Assembly (NCBI GenBank): GCA_028534125.1
Contig: CM052816.1
Location: forward strand, 62,622,001 to 62,686,000
Direction: 5' to 3'
Source: Lama glama
Lineage: Eukaryota
Length of the DNA: 64,000 nt
Each line of letters begins with the position of its first letter. The first letter of the stretch is position 1. Shown here in pieces: positions 52,560 to 64,000 of the stretch. The notes under the pieces were generated by a model. That model did not search any database and was not told the origin of the DNA. It saw only the letters and a program-made list of their open reading frames with translations. A program made the position numbers and the translations under genes.

Positions 52560-53611
52560 TTTCTCATTTTCTGTCTCTGTAGTTTTCCATCTCCATCAAG
52601 ACCGCGAGGTATTTTCAAGCTCTTGCCAAAGTGACTATTACTTCCTGCTGGAAAACCTATGGATTCCTCCTCTTCTTACAAAGTTTCTTCTTAATATCCG
52701 CATTTATCTCTATCAGTATCTCACCCTCAGAAACTCCTGAAAGTAAATGAAGCTGTTTTGCTGTTTCACAGTTGGAGCCCCTGGAGCCTGAGTCAGGACA
52801 AACACTTTCTGTCCCGTGTGCCCCACCATTAAATCTTCTCTCTTCTCTGTTTTGGAACTTTTCAGGTCCAGGTAGTCACCTGTACTAGTGCAATGCAGCA
52901 ACAACATTGTCTTCTGCATCCCTTTCTAGCAGCACTGGGCGTTGAGTCTGGACTCTGTTGGGGGCATTTATGGTGGTTTGCTAAGAACCCTCTTGTCTTC
53001 TTAGATTTCTTCTTCCAGTCGTACTCTATAATGCATAATCCCTAGTAGCAACATTGTCTTTATTTCCATGTCATATCCTTCTAGCCTGTGATTTAATAAT
53101 CAACCTTTCTTTTGAGGAGATTCTTCTTCCAGCTCATTAGCCGGGTTTCTTTTCTATTCTTTTCTTTTCTATCTGTCTGCTAATCCTGACTTGACTGCAA
53201 GACCAAAGTATATATTTTTTCCTCCATGAGGTTTTTTTTTTTTTAATTGAAGTATAGTCAGTTACAGTGTGTCAATTTCTGGTGTACAGCATAATATCCC
53301 AGTCATGCATATATACATATGTTGGTTTTCATAGTCTTTCACTATAGGTTACTATGAGATATTGAATATAGTTCCCTGTGTTATATGGAAGAAATTTTTA
53401 ATCTGTTTTATATATAGTAGTTAGTATTTGCAAATCTCTCAAAGTATATTTTTAATGTGATTCTTTTCCTTTTTGAGTCTGAGAAATCTTGATTCCTAGA
53501 GAGGGTTTTCAAGAGACAAACATCACTCAACTTTCTTAACTTTTGGATCCGAAATGTTTCCATGAAGTTTTCTCCACCTTCATTTAGGAGATGCTGTTAC
53601 CCTCATGTTAC
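52560..53611 (-). pseudogene. Large first coding exon remnant with L1 insertion
   Basis: ATG 53606: MRVTASPK*RWRKLHGNISDPKVKKVE*CLSLENPL*ESRFLRLKKEKN...; later PEKFQNREERRFNGG and KIPRGLDGDGKLQRQKMR; splice sites weak. Confidence 0.45.
53232..53440 (-). mobile_element. Short L1 3' tail with TSD
   Basis: ttttttaattgaagtatagtc...; aaagtatat repeated at 53205 and 53441. Confidence 0.9.
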
Positions 53612-54404
53612 CTGTTTATTTTTAAAATACACTAATCATGGTCTAAAAAGTCTTGAAATCTACAATGCTCATCAAAAACAGTCAAGAGAAAATTTAGAGA
53701 ATAAATGGTGATTGTGTTGGGGGAAGTGAAGGGATTTTAAAATCTATCAACCTGTGGATATACTGCACGAATCCAAGTGTAATCCGAAATTTCACCCTCT
53801 AGTGACTAGGAATATCTCCTCTAACCCCTGAGACCTAAAGTCTGTACTGAAACGCAATAAAAAGTCCATCTCCTAATACCTTAAAACATCTCTGTGCTTA
53901 AACCCTGCTTTCATTTTTTTTAATTGGTACTTGGGATGACACTGTTTTAAATAATCAAAAACTTACATCAGCTGTACTTGGACCAGCAGCTGTGGTCAAG
54001 CTGCTGTAAACTCACCAGTTCAAAAAGTCCCCATATTTCACTGTGATCCTTGATCCTATTAGCATTCCTTGGTGGGTTTTTTGGTTGTTTTTCTCATGTG
54101 GTTTTTTGCTCAATGCCCCCATGAAAAGATTAGAGAACATGAAACATTTAGCCCTCCTATCACACTGGTGCTAACCAGTGGAATATAAACATAATGATAG
54201 TGGGTAGGGCTCAAAATATTGGCTTTATTAATGGCTGGGGAACATCCTCAAACCTCAAAATACAGAGCTATAGAGTCAACAGTACCGAAAGCTGCTGCTT
54301 GATTTAAAGCATGTGCTACCAACTTTGCTCCCTTGACTTCTAGCTGTAAAGCTAAAAAAGCAGTCAAACTGGGTCTTCCAGCAGTTTCAAGGTCTGTTTG
54401 TTCT

Positions 54405-54589
54405 AGAGGTTTGCAAATTTGAGTTGCGTCAGAATCACCTGGAGGGCTTGTAAGACCGCATTGCTGGGCCTTACCCCCAGGGATTTTGGTCCAGTAGGTC
54501 TGGGGCAGGAATGGAGAATTTGCATGTCTAACAAGTTCTCAGGTGATGCTAATGCAGCTGGTCTAGTGACCATACTCTGAAAACAGCTG
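54405..54589. mobile_element. MER5A
   Basis: cagaatcacctggagggcttgt...tttgcatgtctaacaagttctcaggtgatgct. Confidence 0.9.
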
Positions 54590-54624
54590 ATTTACTTTGT
54601 TAAAACTAGAAGGGTAAAGCTGAT

Positions 54625-54900
54625 CAACCACCGCGCATGACAGCCATCCAAGCGAGAGACTTTTGAGTTACTTTTCCAATGCAGTAATCCCGCCCCTACC
54701 GCCCTACTCTCCGCCCTAGAAAACATGGCCCCGTGGATATCAGATTCAGCTAATTTCACCCATCAGGAAGGTTATTCTCCCTCCTAGTAGAGGGAGCAAG
54801 GAAAGAGGATGAAATGAGAGGCCGCAAGTACGTGCTCAAAGTTTGCTGCTTTCTGAGGGATTTGTAGTTTTGTTGCCGTTTTGAGGAGGAGAGAGGTCAA
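54625..54900. promoter_or_regulatory. Promoter-like region, possibly bidirectional
   Basis: About 10 CpGs in 250 bp; CCAAT 54676; three CCGCCC GC boxes at 54690, 54699, 54711; ACTACAAATCCC (ZNF143/THAP11-like) at 54868-54857. Confidence 0.6.
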
Positions 54901-55094
54901 GTAAAGGTTTCTCATGAACCATGAAGAGCAGTGTTTAAAGTTTTGCTTCTTGAGGAATTAGTTGTGGGAGAAGAACAGAAGAACAGGCATTCCGGAGGAG
55001 CCTACAAGACTTTTTGAAGGAGCACAGGACTCTTCCTTGTGTGTTTCGTGGGAAAATGTGTGATTCCAGAAGATTAGAGGGTTTGGAGACCACT

Positions 55095-55325
55095 GGATTG
55101 CCCAAAAGTGAGTAAGGCTTCTGTACTTAAGGATCTTACACTGATGTTTATTAACTGTGTTATCTTAGGAAAGTCAATTTCTTTAAGCCTCTGTTTTCTC
55201 ATCTGAGAAAATGGAATAACCTTCCTCTGAAAAGGCTGTTCGTGGATGTTAATGAAACAATTCTCTAACAATGCTGAGTACGTTGCCTGGTCTGTAATAT
55301 GCTTAGTAGGCACAGTGAGCGCTAG
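55095..55325 (+). mobile_element. MIR SINE
   Basis: 'ctgtgttatcttaggaaagtcaatttctttaagcctctgttttctcatctgagaaaatgg'. Confidence 0.75.
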
Positions 55326-55365
55326 GGACACGTGAGAAATCAAACGCAAAAAGAGCTTTAAAGAG

Positions 55366-55856
55366 TGTATTAGTTTCCTATTGCTGATGTTATAAGTTAC
55401 CACAAATTTAGTGGGTTAAAACACCACACATTTATTATCTTATAGTTGGGTAGGTTAGAAGTTTGCTACAGGTCTCATTGGGATAAAAGCAAGGTATCAC
55501 AGGGCTGTGTGCCTTGATGAAGACTCTAAGGAAGAATTCATTTCCTTGCCATGTCCAGCTGCCCCTGTTTGTGGCTAATGGTCTTCTTTTTCATCTCCAA
55601 AGCCAGCAACATAGCATCTCCATAATGCTGCTTTTTATCACCACATGTCTTTCTTTGACTTTACTTTTCTCCCTACCAATGTGATTGTATTGGTTTCATC
55701 CAAGTAATTCAGGATAAACTCATGATTTTAAGGTCAGCTGACTAGCATCCTCAGTTCAAACTGTAACCTTATTTGCCTTGAAACCTAACATGCTAACAGG
55801 TTCTGGGACTGAGATGGATATCTCTGGAGCTGGGGGGCATTATTCTGCTTTCCACA
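55366..55856 (-). mobile_element. MaLR LTR (MLT1C/D-like)
   Basis: tgtattagtttcctattgctg...taccacaaatttagtgg...gggcattattctgctttccaca. Confidence 0.85.
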
Positions 55857-56988
55857 GGAGGGAAAGATCATTATCATCGTGTCCCATGAATATGTTTGAG
55901 ATACGAAGTTTTATTCATTTATTCATTTACCAGAATATATTAAGCATTTATATTTATTTCATTAACCACTGGAGGTACAGGATGAATAAGACTCTTCCTT
56001 AAAGAAGCCTGGAGTCCACTAGTGTTTTATAGACTCGTAAATAAGTGAAATAGTGGGAAATATTACAATGGTGGAGCTAGAAGAGGACTCAGTGAGGAAA
56101 CGGTCCATTCTATTGTGAAGAGACTTGGGAGGACTTCAGGAAAGGGTAGACAGGAAAGATGCTTGATCCTGAAAAAAATTATGCACACATTAATGGGGAG
56201 GTAGAAAAATGTCCCAGACAAAAGATGGAGAGAGAGCACAATGACGTCCATATGGGGGCTGCCTGGAAAATTGCAAGTAATTCAGCAGAAAAGGAACATG
56301 CAGAGAGAAAAGGCTGGACAGTCGATAGAAATCAGAATCTCAGTTTGTCTACTGGTCTTTGGGCATAACCTTGCATTGCCTGCATTGTAGCAGTTTGGCT
56401 TTATCTTAAAGCCTGTGGAGGACAATAGTGCTAATTAGAATGAAGCCAGATTACAGAAGCCCTTGGATTGCATGCTGAGGCTTCCTCCTGTTCGTGATGA
56501 TCTCTCCCTCATCTGATTCAAATCATTTAATTACTGATCATCAACCATATGCCAGCCACATGATACTGCTTTATCCTGGAGAGAAAGGAAAACACTATCT
56601 TTGACCTTGAGTATTGTCAAGAAGACAGAAAATATAATTATGGCTTATTGTGGTAAGTAATGGAAATGAGATGTCCATATGTGAATTGGGTTTGGGTACT
56701 CACCACTGTTAATATTTTTGAAAGCAGGGGCCTATGCAGAGCGGTTGCTTATAAAATCAGTATTAACTCTTTCCTCTTCATTTGCCATAGCAATGGGAAA
56801 TGGTTGCCATAGACAGCTTTGCATGTTCATTTATCTGGATATTTTTTAAAAGAAAATTCTTCAGTCACTGTCATTTTTTGGACTTTAATGTCTGTCTCAA
56901 CACAGTTTCTTAGAAATTTCATGTACCTTTTCTTTTCTCTCCCTAAGATGTAACTTTGTAAGTTAATTTTCTTAACAGTAGCTTTGAA

Positions 56989-57108
56989 GGGAGGGTACAG
57001 CTCAGTGTTAGAGTGCATGCTTTGCATGCACAAGGTCCTGGGTTCAGTCCCCAGTACCTCTATTAAAAATAAATAAACCCAATTACCTTCTTCTCCCCCC
57101 CAAAAATA
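56989..57108 (+). mobile_element. Camelid tRNA-derived SINE (Vic-1-like) with TSD
   Basis: gggagggtacagctcagtg...ggtcctgggttcagtccccagtacctc; TSD aacagtagctttga / aactgtagctttga. Confidence 0.9.
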
Positions 57109-57795
57109 AACTGTAGCTTTGACACCCCTCTCCCCAAATTTAAAATAATGAAAAGTTGGTTTGAGAAGTGTAGTCTCCTGCAGCTGGGTTGCATTCTTAG
57201 GCTGCAGTGCAAAAGATCTTAGGTATTTCTATGTAATGTTAAAACAGAATATCAGAGCTCTGAACTCCCTCTTTTATCTGCCATCCCTAGAAGTTTCCTT
57301 CCTAGAACAGACCTACATTTGGATTTTTCAAGGAAAGCTGTTCATTCTCATATTCTTCTACGAAGGACAGATGGGAGAAGGAGCAGACCTCATTGGTCCT
57401 CATAAACTATTATATAAAACAACTCCTTTGGGTCAACTTCCACTCTCTAGTCATTCACTTACATAGAGAGGACTCTGAGACCTTCCCAGGCTTTCTGCCT
57501 GGGTATCATCATCATCTTTGGTGACTTGACGGCTCACGTAGACCGTCTACACAGTCCTCGAGCCTAGCAATACCCAGCTTCTTCAATGGCAGTGGTCATC
57601 CAGTCTCTCCCACCTCAGTCACATATCCCAAATGACTTACAGGGACTTTCCATCCCTAAAAATTGCCTTGCCTCTAAATCTTAAATCTCTGTTTGCAGAA
57701 ACCATGTTTCCTCTTTTGGGTCCATCATCCAGTGTCTCAGTATATTTTTACCTCCTTTTCCCACTTAAGCTCATTTGCTTTTTGATACACAGCCT

Positions 57796-58295
57796 NNNNN
57801 NNNNNNNNNNNNNNNNNNNNNNNNNNNNNNNNNNNNNNNNNNNNNNNNNNNNNNNNNNNNNNNNNNNNNNNNNNNNNNNNNNNNNNNNNNNNNNNNNNNN
57901 NNNNNNNNNNNNNNNNNNNNNNNNNNNNNNNNNNNNNNNNNNNNNNNNNNNNNNNNNNNNNNNNNNNNNNNNNNNNNNNNNNNNNNNNNNNNNNNNNNNN
58001 NNNNNNNNNNNNNNNNNNNNNNNNNNNNNNNNNNNNNNNNNNNNNNNNNNNNNNNNNNNNNNNNNNNNNNNNNNNNNNNNNNNNNNNNNNNNNNNNNNNN
58101 NNNNNNNNNNNNNNNNNNNNNNNNNNNNNNNNNNNNNNNNNNNNNNNNNNNNNNNNNNNNNNNNNNNNNNNNNNNNNNNNNNNNNNNNNNNNNNNNNNNN
58201 NNNNNNNNNNNNNNNNNNNNNNNNNNNNNNNNNNNNNNNNNNNNNNNNNNNNNNNNNNNNNNNNNNNNNNNNNNNNNNNNNNNNNNNNNNNNNNN
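57796..58295. other. Assembly gap (500 N)
   Basis: Run of N. Confidence 1.
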
Positions 58296-61264
58296 TTATA
58301 TATACAGATATTTTTAAGAAAGAAATTTGATTGTAAAAACTATTGTAATACAGTTTTCCATCTGATTCTGGATCAGTTACATAACTTTCCATTTACTTAT
58401 GTTTTTGGCTTGGTTTCTTGTATGCAAATGAAGAATTAGAAAGTGAAATCCTTAATGATTTCCTTCAAAGTCTGGTTAGGAAACAGTTTTAATAAATGGC
58501 TGGATTGCTGGTTTGGTTATCTTTCCCCTTAGTCCTGTGGAAAACAGTCATCTACACTTCTAGCTACAATAATATGATCGATGTGAAGAATATATGACTT
58601 GGGATCAAACTTGGGTTTGATGGTTGCATTTACCACTTATTATGAAATCCTGAACAATTTTACTTTTCTGAAGTTGTGTTTCCCTCGTAAAATCTGGGAA
58701 GACAATAGTTCTCCATTCTGTTGTGAAGGAATGATTAAGATAATCCCATAGAATGCATTTAATAACTCCTGGTACTTGGTGCAAGATTTTGAATTTGGTT
58801 TATGAGAGTAAAAAATTTTTTTTACCTTTTCCTCCAAATACTTTGGTCCAAATACATTAATTGTGCAGAAATGTCCTATTGTTTCCAATACTTAGTAAAA
58901 AAGCTGTTTTGAAAATGCCATATTCTAGAAGGACAACTTATTCCTCCTTTAACAAAGAACTTATTTTTTTAAATAGTTACAATACAGCTTAGCTTACAGT
59001 TTGCAAAACTCTTACCTCATTTTGATCTCACTTTGAGGTCAAATGAAAACTGTGGGTCCAAATTAAGTTTAGTCTGAGGTCACAGCACCAAGTGTGTGTA
59101 TTATTTTATAGTGTTGAGATCTTGAGGGTTGTTCCTGACTCCTGGCATTATTTAGGTAATAGGACAAGAGAACGATGCTAGAAATATTGCAAGCTAGAGA
59201 CCCTCAGTCCTTTCCCTCTTGCAGACATCATTATTCGTCAGAGAGATGCTTTTGTTTACATATTTTAAACAAAGCTCTATTTGTCTACAAACTTGACAGA
59301 GATGTCTATTTAACACATTCTTGGAGTGAACAGCTTGTTTTCTGATAAGGGAAAGAATGGATCCCCTTTTTCCAAGCAAATAATGAATTTTATTACTTGA
59401 CAGGTTTTCAGATTTCCTTTTCTCCTATCTCATTTTTCGTACCTGTAAATCAATAGTGGTTAAGATGAATCAGCACTCTCCTTTTCCCTCCCATTACCTC
59501 AGCCTGGCTTAGTCATTGCTAGAGCTGTCCCAGTGCTGGCGGTGATTTGCCTAAGTTGACATTCAAGTTGTGAGCTCAACTTCACAGCCCAGAAGCTGAG
59601 ACTATTAACACCTGCACACAAACCCTGTCTTTATTCTAAATCTTATAGACTCCCTTACCTCCAGCTTCCTTGTTCTCTCTAAAAAAAAAAAAAATTTGTA
59701 AATATATACTTAATACTACTAGTACTACGCAGAGATCACTTTGGAACTGAGGCTTCACAACTTTCCAGCTCTAGCTTCTGGGCAAGTGATTTGTATCCCT
59801 CTCATCCTGTGCCCTCAACTTTACGTCTAATAGTAAGGACCATGAGACATTTTGTAAGAAATAGGCGAAATGTATGTAAAGCATATGACACAAGTATTGA
59901 TGCTACGGGGTGAATTTGAAAATATAGGCCAGCATTTTTCTCCCCAGCTATCAGGAGTGAAGTAGGTACAGGGCATGGGTGTGTGGAGTAAGAAGGGGAA
60001 AGGAGAGTATTTGAAGAAGTGCTTTCATTACCATAAGCTTTCTGAGGGTAAGAAAACTTGGTGCTCTTCCTGGTATGTTGGAAATTCATTTATTTAGCAT
60101 AGATATATGGAGGGCATTTTAGGTGTCTAGACTCGGGATATATCAGTGTACAAAACAGACAAGATTCCTATCCACATGGAACTTAAATTCTAATAGATTT
60201 AGAAATCCATATTACAGTGATCTCCCAAGAACAATTTAAACGAGATGAACAGCAAAAAGGTAAGCTATCGATACTGAAGGAAAGGGACAGGCGAGTTTAG
60301 TCCCCAGCAGATGAGAGGTGCCAGTACAAGTCAAGAGACTAAGGGCAGCAGGAGTGCTGAGTGAGGGCGGGTGGAGGAAACTGCAGCCTAAAATATGCAT
60401 GGGGAGGGCTACAGCCAAGGAGGAGCTGCAGGCCTGCTCAGTTCCCTCCAAGTTTTGAAAGGCTGGAGGCAAATGGCTGCCTGGCCATCATTACACAGAA
60501 GCAACAAGACAGGACCACCTAGAAAGATCATTTTGGAGGAGGCATAGTAAGAAATTGTACCTGGAACCCAACGGTGAGACCTAGGTGATAGGACTTGCTA
60601 AAGATACTTTGCAACCATATAAATCACCATGCTGAAATTTCTGGATGATGAGTTTGTTTGAAGATATAAGAGGCTTCCCATAACCTTACTCTGGAAAAAT
60701 GGTTATCACAGCATCCTCTGTGAGGACACAGGAGGTTGAAGAGAGAAGTCTCATCACCTCTTGTAGCCTTTGCTGAAAAGACTCTTCAAGCCTATCCCAG
60801 CAAAACGTGACTTGTTTGTAAGGGCCAACTTTTAATCTATTCTCAAACCTAGTTCTCTATGCTATTCATTTCACTTGGGAACCAGAAATATTACATCTAT
60901 TAAATCCAAGGACTGGAGTAGAGGGTAAGAAATGGAATGGAACAGAGGACTTAAACATCTGTTTGTAGAAGTCAGCTGGCCTTTCTCCTTTCCCTGCTGT
61001 GTTGCTGTCAGTTAAGGGTTTGCCCTCATGAGAAAAAAAGGAGGGCTCTTCTCTAAGAGTCTAAACAAGGATCAAGAGAGAAGTAAGGCCTTCAGGGTGG
61101 GAGTCGGCACTCCCGAGCAACAGCCTGCATGTACGGCATAAAGGGGTCGCCCAGAGAAGTCACAGAAACCCTGCCTGCTTATTTGAAAGTGGAAAAGGCC
61201 CCAACATACACAGCTCATGATCAGCATTTTTTTTTTTTACTAGCTCAATTCCTCATCGATGCAC

Positions 61265-61680
61265 ACTTTTTTTTTTTAACTTCTCTGGCTTTAATTGAGC
61301 ATTTATGAGATTGAATTTTCCTTTCCCTTAATATATCAATCATACCTTTTAAAAAGATGGTTAACCTAGAGTTTAGAATATACATTTTAAACTAAGTCTA
61401 CTTTAAAATAACACTATACTACCTTACGCAGTGCAGGAAACAGTATTCCCAATTCCTCAGTATCCTCTCTTAAAACATTGATGTCATTCATTTCACTTCT
61501 CTGTAAGGTATAATTACCCAATACATTGTGACTATTACTACTTTAAACAAATAGCTATCTTTTAAATCAGTTAAGGATAAGAGAATAATATATTTTATTT
61601 GACCTTCATTTTTCCTTTTATGACATTCTTCCTTTATGTAGATCCAAGTTTTCTGACTTAGATCATTTTCTTCCTTTGTC
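61265..61680 (-). mobile_element. Old L1 (L1MC/ME-like) 3' region
   Basis: PolyT start; 'ttctttatgtagatccaagttttctgact' typical of antisense L1MC 3' regions. Confidence 0.6.
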
Positions 61681-62208
61681 TCCTCTCTCCAGCCTTTGCA
61701 GATTTCCATCTCTCTGGAGCACCCACAGTGTGGTTGTGGATACACACCTATATACCTTCACACTTTAACTACATTGTGCCCTGCACTGTTCTTTGTTTCA
61801 TGATGTAAGCCATGCTCCTCCAGCATGGTGGTGAACTCTCCAAGGCAGAGGTCCTTTCTTACCCATGTAGTGCTTGACACACAGGTGAGCATGTAAAAGA
61901 CACTGGATTAACCCTGATTGATTATATCTAGTAGAAATACCATGTTATTGTAGTTTTTTTGTCATTTGGATAGTGCAGGAGTGTTGACAGAATGTCTCCA
62001 GTGATTTTATTGTTCCCGTTAGAGCGTCATTCCATGATATAGATGCTTCATGTGTGTAATTGTGACTATTTTAATGATACCTAGTAAGAATTTCTGGGAG
62101 CAGCTCTTAACCTAAGCTTCAGAATTCACAAGGATGAAAATGCACATTGGGGATGGTATGGGGGAAGTGATAGCCACTTCAGTCATCAACTCTTGGTGTT
62201 TGGAACAG

Positions 62209-62273
62209 GTCCTGCAACCTGCTGACACTTTGCCTTGTTGCTGAAAGGTGCTGTGATCAGGTAGAAGATAGAA
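62209..62273 (+). CDS. Candidate exon (SCNLLTLCLVAERCCDQVEDR) of a plus-strand gene
   Basis: aacAG / AA|gtaagt; open phase 2 to 1; joins the next candidate exon in frame. Confidence 0.3.
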
Positions 62274-62745
62274 GTAAGTCAACTTTTGCATTTTACATCT
62301 GTTCGCTTAAACTTACGCATTTCCTGGAAACTTTCATATAAGTTTGCAGAACAGAATTAGGAGGTATTTGAAAAAAAAAAGATGTTGATTTCATCTGACT
62401 GACTTAATGCTCTCTGGATAACTGACTGGAGATTAAATACCAATGTTTAGATTGTACTTCTTTTTCATCTATTGTTACAACTGAGCATCATAATGTTGGC
62501 AGTTTTTTTGTATCATCTAGTGCCACTTGTTGAAGTATTTAATGATAGCCGTGATCTCTGAAGAATTTCATGAGCTGGGGTGAGTGCCTGTCCCTTTGGT
62601 AGTGTTAAAGGGCATATGATAAAAAAGTGATTTCACAGTCTGGTCCTGCTTTGCCCTGATGTTCCAAATTGTAGTCACATTAAGGAGAAATAGTTACCTT
62701 TTTATTGAATGGAGAGTGATGGGTGAAAAGTCACTTTAATTTTAG

Positions 62746-62792
62746 GTTGTTTTCTTTCAATATCTCAGGAGGAAATTAACTTTCTTAAACAT
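62746..62792 (+). CDS. Candidate exon (CFLSISQEEINFLKH); alternative acceptor at 62769 gives a 24-nt exon
   Basis: tttaattttAG / CAT|gtgagt; open frame. Confidence 0.35.
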
Positions 62793-63589
62793 GTGAGTTA
62801 GTGGAATTCATGGGCTTCTGTGCAATTCTTCATTCAGTGCCAACTCTGCTACTATCTGGTTTTGTATTTTACCCTGCTCAAGGCTTCATATTTGTATCTA
62901 TGAAACTGGGGGGGGGGAGTGGGGAGGTAGTTTAGAATATTGTGATCTGGAAAGTTTCCATTTTCAGCTGAATATTGTACCCCATGAGCACCCACTCTGT
63001 ACCACATCACAATTGCACAACACTTGAGAATTTGAAAAACATTTTTTTTTCATTTGCTTCTTCAGATAACTTCATAAAACAGTCAAGGTATATTTTATTA
63101 TATCCATTTTACAGATAAGAAAGCTAAGGATTGCCATTCACACTGGTCATAAATTGAGAGCAGTGCACAATCTTTAGAAGTGGGATAGACATGGTCTAGA
63201 CACCTTAGTTCAAAGGATGCAGGATCTAAGGCTAATTTTTCCCTTAAAAAGATCTCCCCTTGAACAAAACCATTGACCCTTATTTCTGTGGCTTCTAAAT
63301 AAAGAAGAAAACCTTAGAATTTGGGTTATCCTAAGTACCAGTGACAGTGTGACCCTTTTTGGGTTAAATGATTTGGCGTCTATGTTCGTCAGCGACAGGG
63401 GGCCGGGCTGGGGTGTGGTGATATGGAGAGCTTTATCCCTATGGTTTGCTCTGCAGAAATGGTTTGCCCAGTCAGAAGCTGAAATAACATGCTTGTGACA
63501 GTAAATTGTGTTTCCACAAGGATCATAGGTTTGTGTTGGATGTTTAGAAATAAAGAGAACAAATCGGGCATTACTTACACCTTGAAATG

Positions 63590-64000
63590 AGAGGAGGGTA
63601 GTCTCTGGTGCCAGACTGATGGAATTCACATTCCACTTGCTACTTACCAGCTGTCTGACCTTGGAAGTCACTTAACCTCCATCTGCATCAGTAGTGTCAT
63701 CAGTAAAATGGGCATAAGTGTTAAAAACCCCAGAAAGTTATTATAAAGAGTGAGTTAATATGTATGAAGTTCTTATGTCATTGCCTAGTATACAGCATGT
63801 GTTACATGGGTTTCCACTATTATAATAATAAGAGTTAATATTTATTGGCTGTTTCCTAGGTCATGCGTGAGTTCATGATTGCCATACATTACCTCATTTA
63901 ACTTTGACTACTATCTCCGAGGTAGGGACTATTTTAATACTCACTTTGTAAGGAAGAAAACTATGGAGAAGTTAAATAATTATCCCCAAATTCACACAGC
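63590..64000. mobile_element. Two adjacent MIRs in opposite orientation
   Basis: Plus copy 'cttaccagctgtctgaccttggaagtcacttaacctc' to about 63830; minus copy 'atatttattgg...ctcatttaact...gaggtagg' after it. Confidence 0.7.

Larger units (their letters stand above)
28545..53611 (-). pseudogene. Putative decayed multi-exon (unprocessed) protein-coding gene, about 19 exon remnants, unidentified
   Basis: Series of same-strand segments, most with a pyrimidine tract + AG and a GT(A/G)A donor; partly phase-compatible; candidate ATG 53606; AATAAA 28567-28562; promoter-like region about 54.7 kb. Confidence 0.65.

Noticed and set aside
52660..52715. EINADIKKKL motif resembling the INTS6L/CT45/SAGE1 C-terminal domain
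   Set aside because: The similarity does not continue, and an alternative frame gives a longer coherent reading; probably chance, though blastx would settle it
28545..53611. In-frame stops being one change from CAA/CAG/CGA as evidence of a coding past
   Set aside because: True of every stop codon, so uninformative and not counted
57632..58392. Long ORFs (180-232 aa) in the track
   Set aside because: Artefacts of translating the N gap
63210..63671. 153-aa minus-strand ORF
   Set aside because: Begins in an antisense MIR; no recognisable domain or splice context
1..64000. CRISPR arrays, operons, rRNA or viral genes
   Set aside because: None seen; the sequence is typical mammalian nuclear DNA

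Overview
AT-rich mammalian genomic DNA, most likely a camelid (alpaca/camel), judged from three tRNA-derived SINEs resembling Vic-1. There is no intact long ORF, and the supplied ORF track is mostly repeat-derived or chance. The window is rich in interspersed repeats: a near full-length Tigger1, L1 fragments (one inverted, one with a probable 3' transduction), L2, MIR, MaLR/MLT LTRs and MER DNA transposons. It also has a 500-N gap. The main hidden signal is a chain of about 19 exon-like segments on the minus strand (about 53.6 kb down to 28.5 kb), most with canonical AG/GT borders and partly phase-compatible frames, but carrying stops, frameshifts and TE insertions. I read this as a decayed, unprocessed multi-exon gene. 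It starts beside a GC-box/CCAAT/ZNF143-like promoter at about 54.7 kb, which may also drive a plus-strand transcript (candidate exons at about 62.2 and 62.8 kb). A possible terminal exon of an upstream plus-strand gene lies at about 954. I could not name any of these genes. Repeat family names are from memory of consensus sequences and many boundaries are approximate.
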